Notes under the pieces: generated by a model
Told to the model about the DNA's origin: nothing
The model's database searches: none
Seen by the model: only the letters and a program-made list of their open reading frames with translations
Shown: piece by piece, positions 1 to 9,322 of the stretch
How positions within the stretch are numbered: the first letter of the stretch is position 1
Layout of the letters: every line of letters starts with the position of its first letter
NCBI GenBank assembly: GCA_040217575.1
Contig: JAVJPW010000008.1
Location: 139,787 to 203,786 of the forward strand
Direction of reading: 5' to 3'
Length of the DNA: 64,000 nt
Source of the DNA: Alphaproteobacteria bacterium
GTDB lineage: Bacteria; Pseudomonadota; Alphaproteobacteria; UBA8366; Aestuariispiraceae
Translations under genes and position numbers: made by a program

Positions 1-1
1 A

Positions 2-451
2 CGGATCGGCGATTATGCGAAGAACATCGGCAAACGCGCCATGGCGCTGAACCAGTTGCCGGCCGAACCGCTGTTGCGGGGGGTCGTGCGCATCGGCCAG
101 CCGGTCCAGGCCATGCTGAAGGACGTGATGGACGCGCATCTTCAGGGCGACACGGCAAAGGCGATCGACGTCTGGGAAGCGGACGAGGAAGTGGATGCGC
201 TCTATACCAGCCTGTTCCGCGAGTTGCTGACCTACATGATGGAAGACCCGCGGCACATAACGCCGTGCACGCACCTGCTGTTCATCGCCAAGAACCTGGA
301 ACGGATCGGCGATCACGCGACCAACATCGCGGAAACGATCCATTTCCAGGTCGAAGGCACGCCACTGGCCGACCGGCGGCCAAAGGCGGACGGATCGAAC
401 TACGAGGTGCTTCGTCCAGAGGATGAATTGGATGACGATGACGACGACTGA
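2..451 (+). CDS. phoU: Phosphate signalling protein PhoU (5' truncated by window edge)
   Basis: Frame from position 2 reads RIGDYAKNIGKR; second repeat has DEEVDALY...LERIGDHATNIAE, the PhoU motifs; directly upstream of phoB. Confidence 0.95.
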   Translation, partial: RIGDYAKNIGKRAMALNQLPAEPLLRGVVRIGQPVQAMLKDVMDAHLQGDTAKAIDVWEADEEVDALYTSLFRELLTYMMEDPRHITPCTHLLFIAKNLERIGDHATNIAETIHFQVEGTPLADRRPKADGSNYEVLRPEDELDDDDDD

Positions 452-494
452 GGCGCGGCGCTCCGCGCCGTATCATGAGGGGAGTACCCGGCCA

Positions 495-1193
495 ATGACG
501 GGCCTGAAACCGAAAATCCTGATCGTGGAAGACGAAACGGCGGTCGTAGCCCTGCTGCGCTACAACCTGGAACATCAGGGGTTTGAAGTCGATGCCGTAT
601 CCGACGGGGAAGAGGCACTGGTCGCGGTCGAAGAAAACCCGCCGGACCTGGTCCTGCTGGACTGGATGCTGCCGCAGCTTTCGGGAATCGAGGTTTGCCG
701 CCAGCTTCGCCGCCGCCCGGCCACGAAACAAATGCCGATCATCCTGCTCACCGCCCGCGGGGAAGAGGCGGATACGGTCCGCGGCCTGGATTCCGGCGCC
801 GACGACTATGTAACCAAGCCGTTTTCGCCGGCGGAACTGTCGGCCAGGGTCCATGCCCTTCTGCGGCGGTCGCGCCCGGCCCTGTCGGACGAATCGATCA
901 GCATCGCCGACCTGCAGATGGATCTGGCCGCGCACCGCGTCTATCGCGGCACGCGCGAAATCAAGCTGGGGCCGACCGAATACCGGTTGCTGCGCCATTT
1001 CATGGAACATCCGGGCCGGGTCTTCAGCCGCGAACAGCTGCTGGATTCCGTCTGGGGCCGCGACGTCTATGTGGAACTGCGCACCGTCGACGTCCATATC
1101 CGCCGACTGCGCAAGGCGCTGAACGAAGGCGGGGAACAGGACGTTATCCGCACCGTGCGGTCCGCCGGATACGCGCTGGAGGCAACCGCCTAG
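495..1193 (+). CDS. phoB: Phosphate regulon response regulator PhoB
   Basis: Receiver (ILIVEDE, LLDWMLP) plus OmpR winged helix (RTVDVHIRRLRK); follows phoU; start placed at ATG 495 after GAGGGGAG RBS rather than track start 423. Confidence 0.95.
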   Translation: MTGLKPKILIVEDETAVVALLRYNLEHQGFEVDAVSDGEEALVAVEENPPDLVLLDWMLPQLSGIEVCRQLRRRPATKQMPIILLTARGEEADTVRGLDSGADDYVTKPFSPAELSARVHALLRRSRPALSDESISIADLQMDLAAHRVYRGTREIKLGPTEYRLLRHFMEHPGRVFSREQLLDSVWGRDVYVELRTVDVHIRRLRKALNEGGEQDVIRTVRSAGYALEATA

Positions 1194-1364
1194 CGTCCCG
1201 CGCCGCCTCCACTGCCTGTCTGGCCTCCCCGCGCCGTGCGGGTTCGGGCCAATTACTGAAAATCTTTGAACTTTTGGCGCCGGTCGTTGAAACTCCGGCG
1301 TCGTAAGGCAACGTATGCGGGGTGCGGACACGCCCCGTGAACAGGGATTTTCGATTCTGGCACC

Positions 1365-1967
1365 ATGAAGACAGCGGCAATTATCGGTTCACTGGCAATC
1401 CTGCTGGGCCTTGCGGCATGTACCGACATCCGCGAGACGGAACCGGATCGCACCGCGACGGAACAGCTTCTGATTTCGACCGCGGCGGACAATGCGGTCG
1501 AACAGTTCGACTTTACCTCGCTTGCGGGACAGGCGGTCTTTCTGCGCCGGGACTATTTCGAAAGCTATGATTCCGGCTATGTCCTGGCACTCACCAGGCG
1601 GAAACTGGGGCGCGACGGCGTGCGCATCGTGGATGCCCCCGAAGACGCTGCTTTCATTGTCGAACTGCGCTCCGGCGCGCTGTCGCTGAATAACGAGCTG
1701 TTCTATATCGGCGTCGGCGGATTCACCATTCCGGTGCCCCTGTCGGATTCGATCGAGGTGCCGCGCGCGACGCTTTACGGGGACTATGACCGGACCGGAA
1801 TTGCCAAGTTCGGGGCTCTGGTCTTCACCGCGGACGGGACATTGCACCGGGATCTGGAAACCGTCTACGGACTTTCCTGGATGGACCATAACAGCATCCT
1901 GGGCATCGGCTGGAACGAACAGAACATCCTGCCGGACAGCATCACCGACAATCCGCGCCCCGAATGA
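1365..1967 (+). CDS. Hypothetical lipoprotein
   Basis: Signal peptide with lipobox LAAC; no recognisable catalytic motif. Confidence 0.75.
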   Translation: MKTAAIIGSLAILLGLAACTDIRETEPDRTATEQLLISTAADNAVEQFDFTSLAGQAVFLRRDYFESYDSGYVLALTRRKLGRDGVRIVDAPEDAAFIVELRSGALSLNNELFYIGVGGFTIPVPLSDSIEVPRATLYGDYDRTGIAKFGALVFTADGTLHRDLETVYGLSWMDHNSILGIGWNEQNILPDSITDNPRPE

Positions 1968-2160
1968 CGGTGTCGGGGCGTTCGCATTGGCCGCTTCCGC
2001 CCGCGGTTTGTCGCCCGCCGGGGCCGGTGACGCTTCCGGCTTCCTCAAAGGCGCAATTTGGCTATAAACTGTCATGGTCTTCGGGCAGTGTTCGCGCCTG
2101 AGGCACCGGCGCCGTTTCGGCGCCCCGCCGCCTGTACCTGACTTGCGCTGAAGGACCGTC

Positions 2161-4944
2161 ATGCCGGATACCGCCCTGAAAACCGTGACATTCTCGCTCA
2201 ACGGACGCGATGTGACCGCCTATCCGGGGGAAAGCATCTGGCAGGTCGCACAGCGCCAGGGCGTTGAAATTCCCCATCTTTGCTGGCAGCCGGAACCGGG
2301 ATACCGGGCCGACGGCAATTGCCGCGCCTGCATGGTGGAGATTGAGGGCGAACGCACGCTGGCCGCGTCCTGCATCCGCACGCCGACCGAAGGGATGGTG
2401 GTCAATTCGGCATCCGACCGGGCGAAGAAATCCCGCGACATGGTGTTCGAACTGCTGCTGGCGGACCAGCCGGAACGCGACGTCGCCCATGAAACCAACA
2501 GCAAATTCTGGACCTGGATCGACCGTATGGACATCGACGCGACCCGGTTCCCGGAACGCGCATCCCCGGCCACGGACGCAAGCCATCCGGCCATGCGGGT
2601 CAATCTGGATGCCTGCATCCACTGCAACCTGTGCGTCCGCGCCTGCCGGGAAGTTCAGGTCAACGACGTGATCGGCATGGCCTATCGCGGGCATGGTGCG
2701 AAAATCGTCTTCGATTTCGACGACCCGATGGGGGAAAGCACCTGCGTCGCCTGCGGCGAATGCGTCCAGGCCTGTCCGACCGGCGCGCTGATGCCCGCGA
2801 CCAAAGTCGACGAAAATCAGGTCTATGTCGGCCCGGCGGACAAGGTGGTGGACAGTGTCTGTCCGTTCTGCGGCGTCGGCTGCCAGACGGAAATCCATGT
2901 GAAGGACAACAAGATCGTCGAAGTGCGTGGCAAGAACGGCCCCGCCAACGAACAGCGGCTGTGCGTCAAGGGCCGGTTCGGCATGGACTATACCAACCAT
3001 GAGGGCCGCCTGACCAAGCCGCTGATCCGGAAAGAGGGTGTGGGCAAGGCCTGGGACATCGAAATCGACCCAATGAACCCGCTGTCCCACTTCCGGGAAG
3101 CGACCTGGGAAGAGGCGCTGGACGTCGCGATCAAGGGCCTGCGCAAGGTGCGTGAGGAACAGGGCCCCAAGGGCATGGCCGGGTTTGGTTCCGCGAAAGG
3201 ATCGAACGAGGAAGCCTATCTGTTCCAGAAACTGGTGCGTACGGGCTTCGGCACGAACAATGTCGACCATTGCACGCGCCTGTGTCACGCATCGTCCGTC
3301 GCCGCCCTGATGGAAGGGGTGAATTCCGGCGCCGTGACCGCCCCCTTCACGGCGGCGAAGGATGCGGACTGCATGATCGTCATCGGCGCGCGCCCGGCCC
3401 AGAATCACCCTGTGGCCGCGACCTTCCTGAAACAGGCGGCCCAGCGCGGCGCGAAACTCATCGTCATGGACCCGCGCGGCCAGCAGCTGGCCCGCCACGC
3501 ATGGAAGCACCTGCAGTTCACGCCGGGCCGGGATGTGCCCCTGCTGAACGCCATGATCCACACGATCATCGAAGAGAATCTGGTGGACGAACAGTTCATC
3601 CAGGCCCGCGTCGACAATTACGAGGCGGTGAAGGAAAACATCAAGCGCTTCTCGCCGGAGGACATGGCCCCAATCTGCGGCATCGACGCAGAGACGATCC
3701 GCGAGGTGGCGCGCGTCTATGCCCGGTCCGAAAAGTCGATCATCTTCTGGGGCATGGGCGTGTCACAGCATGTCCACGGCACCGACAATGCGCGCTGCCT
3801 GATCACGCTGGCGGCGATCACCGGCCAGGTCGGGCGTCCCGGCACGGGCCTGCACCCGCTGCGCGGTCAGAACAATGTCCAGGGCGCGTCGGACGCCGGG
3901 CTTATTCCCATGGTCTTCCCCGATTACAAGTCGGTCGAGGCGCTGGACATCCGGTCCATGTACGAAGAGTTCTGGGGCACGGAACTGGACCCGAACCGCG
4001 GGCTGACGGTGGTCGAAATCGTCGACGCCATCCTGGCCGGCGAAATTCGCGGCATGTATATCATGGGCGAAAATCCCGCCATGTCCGACCCCGACACCAA
4101 GCATGCCCGACAGGCGCTGGCCAAACTGGAACATCTGGTGGTCCAGGACATTTTCCTGACGGAAACCTGCTACCACGCGGATGTCATTTTCCCGGCGTCG
4201 GCCAAGGCGGAAAAATGGGGGACCTTCACCAACACGAACCGCCAGGTTCAGCTGGCCCGCCCCGCGCTGGATCCGCCGGGCGAGGCACGTCAGGACTGGG
4301 AACTGATCCAGGAAATCGCCCGGGGCATGGGGCTGGACTGGAACTACACCCATGCCAAGGATGTCTTTGCCGAAATGGGCCAGATCATGCAGTCCCTGAA
4401 CGGCATTACCTGGGAACGGCTGGAAAACGAAAATGCCGTCACCTACCCATGCGACGGCACCGACCAGCCGGGCCATGAAATCATCTTTGCCGAACAGTTC
4501 CCGACCGCGAACGGCCGGGTGAAACTGGTGCCGACCGACCTGGTCCCGCCGGCGGAAATGCCGGACGAGGAATATCCGATGGTGCTGACGACGGGCCGGC
4601 TTCTGGAACATTGGCACACCGGGGCAATGACCCGGCGCGCGACCGTTCTGGACACGCTGGAACCGGAAGCGGTGGCCCATCTGAACCCGCGCTGGATGGC
4701 TGCGAACCAGGTGGCGCCCGGCGACATGGTGACGGTCCATACGCGGCGCGGCACGGTGCTGGTGAAGGCACGGGCCGACCGCGACGTGACCGAAGACATG
4801 GTCTTCATCCCCTTCTGTTTCGCGGAAGGGCCGGCCAACATGCTGACGAACCCGCAACTGGATCCGTTCGGCAAGATTCCGGAGTTCAAATTCTGCGCGG
4901 CCAAGGTCGCCGCCGCGCCGAAGGAAGCCGAAGCGGCGGAATAG
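2161..4944 (+). CDS. fdhF: Formate dehydrogenase alpha subunit (molybdopterin, FdhF/FdsA-like), Cys form
   Basis: N-terminal 2Fe-2S (HLC...CRACMVE...SC), two 4Fe-4S motifs (CIHCNLCVRAC, CVACGECVQAC), CPFCGVGC, LCVKGRFG, active-site RLCHAS, LRGQNNVQG, C-terminal LTTGRLLEHWHTG. Confidence 0.93.
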   Translation: MPDTALKTVTFSLNGRDVTAYPGESIWQVAQRQGVEIPHLCWQPEPGYRADGNCRACMVEIEGERTLAASCIRTPTEGMVVNSASDRAKKSRDMVFELLLADQPERDVAHETNSKFWTWIDRMDIDATRFPERASPATDASHPAMRVNLDACIHCNLCVRACREVQVNDVIGMAYRGHGAKIVFDFDDPMGESTCVACGECVQACPTGALMPATKVDENQVYVGPADKVVDSVCPFCGVGCQTEIHVKDNKIVEVRGKNGPANEQRLCVKGRFGMDYTNHEGRLTKPLIRKEGVGKAWDIEIDPMNPLSHFREATWEEALDVAIKGLRKVREEQGPKGMAGFGSAKGSNEEAYLFQKLVRTGFGTNNVDHCTRLCHASSVAALMEGVNSGAVTAPFTAAKDADCMIVIGARPAQNHPVAATFLKQAAQRGAKLIVMDPRGQQLARHAWKHLQFTPGRDVPLLNAMIHTIIEENLVDEQFIQARVDNYEAVKENIKRFSPEDMAPICGIDAETIREVARVYARSEKSIIFWGMGVSQHVHGTDNARCLITLAAITGQVGRPGTGLHPLRGQNNVQGASDAGLIPMVFPDYKSVEALDIRSMYEEFWGTELDPNRGLTVVEIVDAILAGEIRGMYIMGENPAMSDPDTKHARQALAKLEHLVVQDIFLTETCYHADVIFPASAKAEKWGTFTNTNRQVQLARPALDPPGEARQDWELIQEIARGMGLDWNYTHAKDVFAEMGQIMQSLNGITWERLENENAVTYPCDGTDQPGHEIIFAEQFPTANGRVKLVPTDLVPPAEMPDEEYPMVLTTGRLLEHWHTGAMTRRATVLDTLEPEAVAHLNPRWMAANQVAPGDMVTVHTRRGTVLVKARADRDVTEDMVFIPFCFAEGPANMLTNPQLDPFGKIPEFKFCAAKVAAAPKEAEAAE

Positions 4945-4994
4945 GAAACCCTATTCGCCGCCGGTCTTTTGCGCTTTAGAAGCCTTTCGTCCGG

Positions 4995-6428
4995 TCAGCC
5001 CGATTCGTGGACCGCGCCGATGCGCGCGATGCGCAACAGGTTCGTCTTCCCAGGCGTTGAAAACGGCACGCCCGCGGTGATCACGATTCGGTCGCCATCT
5101 TCACCGAACCCGTCGATTTTCGCCTGGTGCGTCGCCGTCATGGTCATGTCGTCCAGGCTGCTGGCGTCCGGCACGCGGGCCGGATGCACGCCCCAGACGA
5201 TGGCCAGTCGCCGGGCCGTGTCATCCCGGGGCGTCAGGCCCAGGATCGGCGCCATCGGCCGGTCCCGCGCGATACGAAGCGAGGTCGACCCCGACGTGGT
5301 ATAGGTCGCGATCGCGTTGACGTTCAGCGTCGCCGCCATCTGGCAGGCCGCGGTGGCCACCGCATCCGCCGTGGTCGGTTCTGGCATCTGACGCTGCGCG
5401 TCCAACCCTTCGCGATAATTGGGGTCGCGTTCCACCCGTTCGATGATGCGCTTCATCATGGCGACGGATTCCACCGCATAGTCGCCGACCGCCGTTTCCG
5501 CCGACAGCATGACCGCATCCGCGCCGGAATAGACGGCGGTTGCGACGTCCGATGCCTCCGCCCGGGTCGGGATCGGCCGTTCCACCATGGAATCCAGCAT
5601 CTGCGTTGCGACCACCACCGGCTTTCCCGCCAACCGGCAGGCGGAGATGATGCGCCGCTGAATGACCGGCACGTCTTCGGGCGGCATTTCGACGCCCAGG
5701 TCGCCGCGGGCCACCATCACCGCATCCGATGCGGCGACGATTTCATCCAGCGCGGTGATCGCCGACGGTTTTTCCAGTTTCGACAGGACCTGCGCCTTGC
5801 CGCGGATCAGCTCCCGCGCCTCAAGCACGTCTTCAGGGCGCTGGACGAAGCTGAGCGCGACCCAGTCGACGCCGATGCTGAGCCCGTATTCAAGGTCCGC
5901 CCGGTCCTTTTCCGTCAGCGGCGACAGCGGCAGCAGGACACCCGGCACATTGACGCCCTTGCGTTCGGAAAGCGGGCCGCCGACTTCGACCCGGCAGTTC
6001 GCATAGCCGTCGCCGCAGTCGCGGACCGAAAGGCGGATGCGCCCGTCGTCCAGAAGCAGTTCGGCCCCCACTTCCAGCGCCGCGAAGATTTCCGGGTGCG
6101 GCAGGGTCACCCGTTTCCGTGTACCGGGTTCATCGGCCAGATCCAGCCGGAAATCGTCCCCGTCGGACAGTTCGATCGGGCCGTCCTTGAATGTGCCGAT
6201 GCGCAGTTTCGGGCCCTGCAGGTCCATCATGACCGCAACGGGACGTGCCGCCTGGCGTTCGATTTCGCGAATCGCGTCCAGCCGTGCCTTGTGTTCGGCA
6301 TGTTCGCCATGGCTGAAATTCAGTCGAAAGACGTTCACACCCGCATCGAACAACTCCCGGATACTGTCCGGGTCCCCACTGCCCGGCCCAAGCGTGGCTA
6401 CTACTTTGGTTCTGTAATGACGTCGCAT
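4995..6428 (-). CDS. pyk: Pyruvate kinase
   Basis: TKVVATLGP, FRLNFSHG, DLQGPKLR, MVARGDLGVE, VVATQMLDSM, DAVMLSAETA; start taken as MRRHYRTK at 6428. Confidence 0.96.
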   Translation of the reverse strand: MRRHYRTKVVATLGPGSGDPDSIRELFDAGVNVFRLNFSHGEHAEHKARLDAIREIERQAARPVAVMMDLQGPKLRIGTFKDGPIELSDGDDFRLDLADEPGTRKRVTLPHPEIFAALEVGAELLLDDGRIRLSVRDCGDGYANCRVEVGGPLSERKGVNVPGVLLPLSPLTEKDRADLEYGLSIGVDWVALSFVQRPEDVLEARELIRGKAQVLSKLEKPSAITALDEIVAASDAVMVARGDLGVEMPPEDVPVIQRRIISACRLAGKPVVVATQMLDSMVERPIPTRAEASDVATAVYSGADAVMLSAETAVGDYAVESVAMMKRIIERVERDPNYREGLDAQRQMPEPTTADAVATAACQMAATLNVNAIATYTTSGSTSLRIARDRPMAPILGLTPRDDTARRLAIVWGVHPARVPDASSLDDMTMTATHQAKIDGFGEDGDRIVITAGVPFSTPGKTNLLRIARIGAVHESG

Positions 6429-6553
6429 TCCCGATCCTAACCGCAATAAAAACGCGCCCGCACCGCCCCTGGAGCGGACTGAGCAAACTATAAAAGGTTC
6501 GCCCCCAGAATGCTTGAAAAATCGACCTTTGCGGGGCACAAGGTAAAAACGAA

Positions 6554-6570
6554 TTTCCGTAGGACGGAAA
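6554..6570. promoter_or_regulatory. Palindromic operator TTTCCGT-agg-ACGGAAA in pyk / IclR divergent region
   Basis: Perfect 7-bp inverted repeat in an AT-rich intergenic segment 40 bp upstream of the IclR gene. Confidence 0.6.
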
Positions 6571-6609
6571 ATTGAATGTTTTTTAAAGTCAATATGCTGG
6601 TGTGAATTT

Positions 6610-7482
6610 ATGTCTGAACAGATGCAGGATCGGAATTCAGGTGCGGAAGCCAGTCGACGTCGGGGCAGACCGGCATCCGACGGCGGCGCGTCGGGGGATG
6701 GCGGGGTTCGGTCCCTCAGCCGGGCGTTGGCGCTGCTGGAAGATGTCTCGAACCATGCCGAGGGGATCGCGCTCAGCGACCTGGCCGTTCGTGCGGGACT
6801 GGCACCGTCAACCGCACACCGGCTTTTGAAAAGTCTGGAAAATCACCGGTTCGTAACGCAGGACAATGAGCGCGGGCTTTGGTTCACCGGCGTTCAGGCC
6901 TTTACCGTCGGGGCGGGTTTCCTGCGGAACAGGGACTTCGTTTCAATCGCCCGGCCGTTCATGCACCGGGCCATGAACGAAAGCGGCGAAAGCGTCAATC
7001 TGGCGATCCGCGACGGTCAGGAAACCATCTATCTGTCGCAAGTCGAAAGCCGCCAGATGATGCGCGCCCTGGCACCGCCCGGCGGGCGCGCGCCGCTGCA
7101 CGCATCCGGTGTGGGAAAGGCCTTTCTGGCAGGCATGGCACCGGAAGACGCGGGCGCCCTGGTGCAGTCGCTGACCTTCGACCGGTTCACGCCGAAGACA
7201 ATCCGCAACGGGCTTGCCATGATGGATGACATCGCGCGGGCGCGGCGCACGGGCTTTGCCATCGACGATGAAGAACACGCCGTGGGGCTGCGGTGCGTCG
7301 CAAGCCCCGTCTTCAACGAATTTGCGGAACCCGTCGCGGCGATTTCCATTTCCGGACCCCAGGCCCGGATTTCCGACGACGCGCTGCAGCGTCTGGGGGA
7401 ACTGGTCTACAGGGCGGCTGTTTCGGTGACGCAAAGCTATGGCGGCCGCCCACCCGCGGGCTTCGGCGTTTCCTCAGACTGA
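6610..7482 (+). CDS. IclR-family transcriptional regulator (BhcR/glyoxylate-responsive type)
   Basis: VRSLSRALALLE HTH, LHASGVGKA, DDEEHAVGLRCVA effector domain; N-terminal RRRGRP. Confidence 0.9.
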   Translation: MSEQMQDRNSGAEASRRRGRPASDGGASGDGGVRSLSRALALLEDVSNHAEGIALSDLAVRAGLAPSTAHRLLKSLENHRFVTQDNERGLWFTGVQAFTVGAGFLRNRDFVSIARPFMHRAMNESGESVNLAIRDGQETIYLSQVESRQMMRALAPPGGRAPLHASGVGKAFLAGMAPEDAGALVQSLTFDRFTPKTIRNGLAMMDDIARARRTGFAIDDEEHAVGLRCVASPVFNEFAEPVAAISISGPQARISDDALQRLGELVYRAAVSVTQSYGGRPPAGFGVSSD

Positions 7483-7484
7483 CG

Positions 7485-8111
7485 TCAGATTTCGCGCAAG
7501 GCGCCCGTCTCGGCGCCGCCGTCGGCGCCCGTATCCTTTTCCGCCTCGTCCGTCTTCCAGCGCCGGACCAGATCATGGTCGACCCCGAACAGGTCCAGGA
7601 CCCGGCCCACGGAATGGTCGACCATATCGTCCAAGGTTTCCGGTCTGGCATAAAACGCCGGTACCGGCGGGGCTACTATTGCGCCCATTTCGGTGACCGT
7701 CGTCATATTGCGCAGATGAACCAGGGTCAGGGGCGTTTCCCGCACCATCAGCACCAGGCGGCGGCGTTCCTTCAGCATGACGTCCGCCGCGCGCGCCAAC
7801 AGGGTCCCGGTCACGCCGGTGGCGATTTCCGCCAGGCTTTTCATCGAACAGGGGGCGACGACCATCCCGTCGCAGGGAAAGGACCCGCTGGCGCACGGCG
7901 CACCCACATCACCGATGGCATAGCTGAAATCCGCCCGGTCCCGTACGTCCCTGGGTTTCAGGTCCGTTTCATAGGCCAGCGTCATTTCCGCAGCCTTGGT
8001 CAGGATCAAATGCGTCTCGACGCCGCTTGCACGCAGCGCGTCCAGCATCCGAAGGCCATAGACGACGCCCGACGCGCCGGTGATGCCAACGACCATTTTT
8101 CTGGCGGCCAT
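7485..8111 (-). CDS. ubiX: Flavin prenyltransferase UbiX
   Basis: VVGITGASG, VAPCSMKSLA, RAADVMLKERRRLVLMVRETP, PPVPAFY. Confidence 0.95.
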   Translation of the reverse strand: MAARKMVVGITGASGVVYGLRMLDALRASGVETHLILTKAAEMTLAYETDLKPRDVRDRADFSYAIGDVGAPCASGSFPCDGMVVAPCSMKSLAEIATGVTGTLLARAADVMLKERRRLVLMVRETPLTLVHLRNMTTVTEMGAIVAPPVPAFYARPETLDDMVDHSVGRVLDLFGVDHDLVRRWKTDEAEKDTGADGGAETGALREI

Positions 8112-8340
8112 AGAAACCCCTTCACATTCAATCCAACTGTTGTATCCTGAAAGGTACCGCGTGCCGGAAAATTTTCAATCGGCCCGGCCACTCTCCGCTC
8201 CGTCCAGGAGTATTCGTCCGAAGACTCCCGGATACCGCGGCCAGCGTCCAGGGCCCAATGTCCACGGCATTGACCGGGTGCGCGGCACAATAAGATGGAC
8301 CCGCCAATGCGGCCCGAACAAAACGAAGGAGAGCGACCCC

Positions 8341-8505
8341 ATGAGCATCGAACAGCGTATTGAGAGCCTTCGGTACAAGCACGCCCTTCTCGACAAAAAA
8401 CTGACTGATGAGACTTCCAGGCCGATGCCTGACGAATCGCTTCTTCTTTCGCTGAAAAAGCAAAAGCTTCAAATCAAGGACGAGATCCAGACGCTTCAGA
8501 CCTGA
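8341..8505 (+). CDS. Small DUF465/YdcH-like coiled-coil protein
   Basis: MSIEQRIESLRYKHALLDKKL...LKKQKLQIKDEI pattern; GGAGAG RBS before ATG 8341. Confidence 0.8.
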   Translation: MSIEQRIESLRYKHALLDKKLTDETSRPMPDESLLLSLKKQKLQIKDEIQTLQT

Positions 8506-8952
8506 CGTCGGCAGCCCGCTCTATCGGGGCTGCGTCCTCCAGGTGCCGATGCTTCGGCCCCGATAGGGCCACCGACCGTCGTCCGCCCCGGAACGGTTAA
8601 AGACGTGCCGCAATTTCAACCCGGCGCGCGGTCCGCCGAACTGCGGCGGTCGACGCAAATGGTCATTATTTTGCGTTCATGAACCTTCCGGGCCGATCGA
8701 CGGATATGTCCGCCGGAACCGAACCTGTCGGAAGCCAATTCACTTATAGCGGCATATTGATTTAATTTTTAAGAAAATTTACGTTTTAGTTGTATTTACT
8801 ATGCGATAACAAATTAAAAACTACGCTCATCAAGTGTACACGACCATTATCTTGCAATACAGAGAAAACCGTGAAGTAATTGCGCAAACTTAAAATCCGT
8901 ATCCCGTTGTCTGGTTTGGGACGCGGGACCGTTCAGATAGGGGTAGTCAGGA

Positions 8953-9309
8953 ATGCCGCATCCTGTTGATGTTACTGTTGGAAATCGGGTACGTGAAATG
9001 AGGATCCGCAAGGGCATGTCGCAGCAGGCCCTGGGGGAGCGTGTTGGGGTCAGCTTTCAGCAGATTCAGAAGTATGAACGCGGATCGAACCGTATGGGTT
9101 CTTCCAGGTTGGTCCAGATTGCGGATGTGCTGGACGTGCCGGTGGCAAGCTTTTTCGAAGGTCTGGGCAAGGCGGAAAAAGCAAGCGGCAAGGATGACCC
9201 GTTGAATGTACGCGCGTCCAAGGTCGCCCGGGACTGGCAGCGTGTCGGGGACGAAAAGCTGCAGCAGAAGCTGGCGGAAATGATGCGGGCGCTTGCGCGG
9301 TCCAACTGA
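8953..9309 (+). CDS. XRE-family HTH transcriptional regulator
   Basis: HPVDVTVGNRVR...SQQALG...FQQIQKYERGSNR, typical alphaproteobacterial Cro/CI-type HTH. Confidence 0.9.
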   Translation: MPHPVDVTVGNRVREMRIRKGMSQQALGERVGVSFQQIQKYERGSNRMGSSRLVQIADVLDVPVASFFEGLGKAEKASGKDDPLNVRASKVARDWQRVGDEKLQQKLAEMMRALARSN

Positions 9310-9322
9310 CCGGCGTGCGCCT

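Noticed and set aside
3270-3300. Selenocysteine in formate dehydrogenase
   Set aside because: Active-site codon is Cys (RLCHAS) and the ORF has no in-frame TGA
8521-8566. Inverted repeat CTATCGGGGC...GCCCCGATAG after the DUF465 gene as an ncRNA or MITE
   Set aside because: Single copy in the window, long loop, no U-tract or target duplication; most simply a 3' stabilising hairpin
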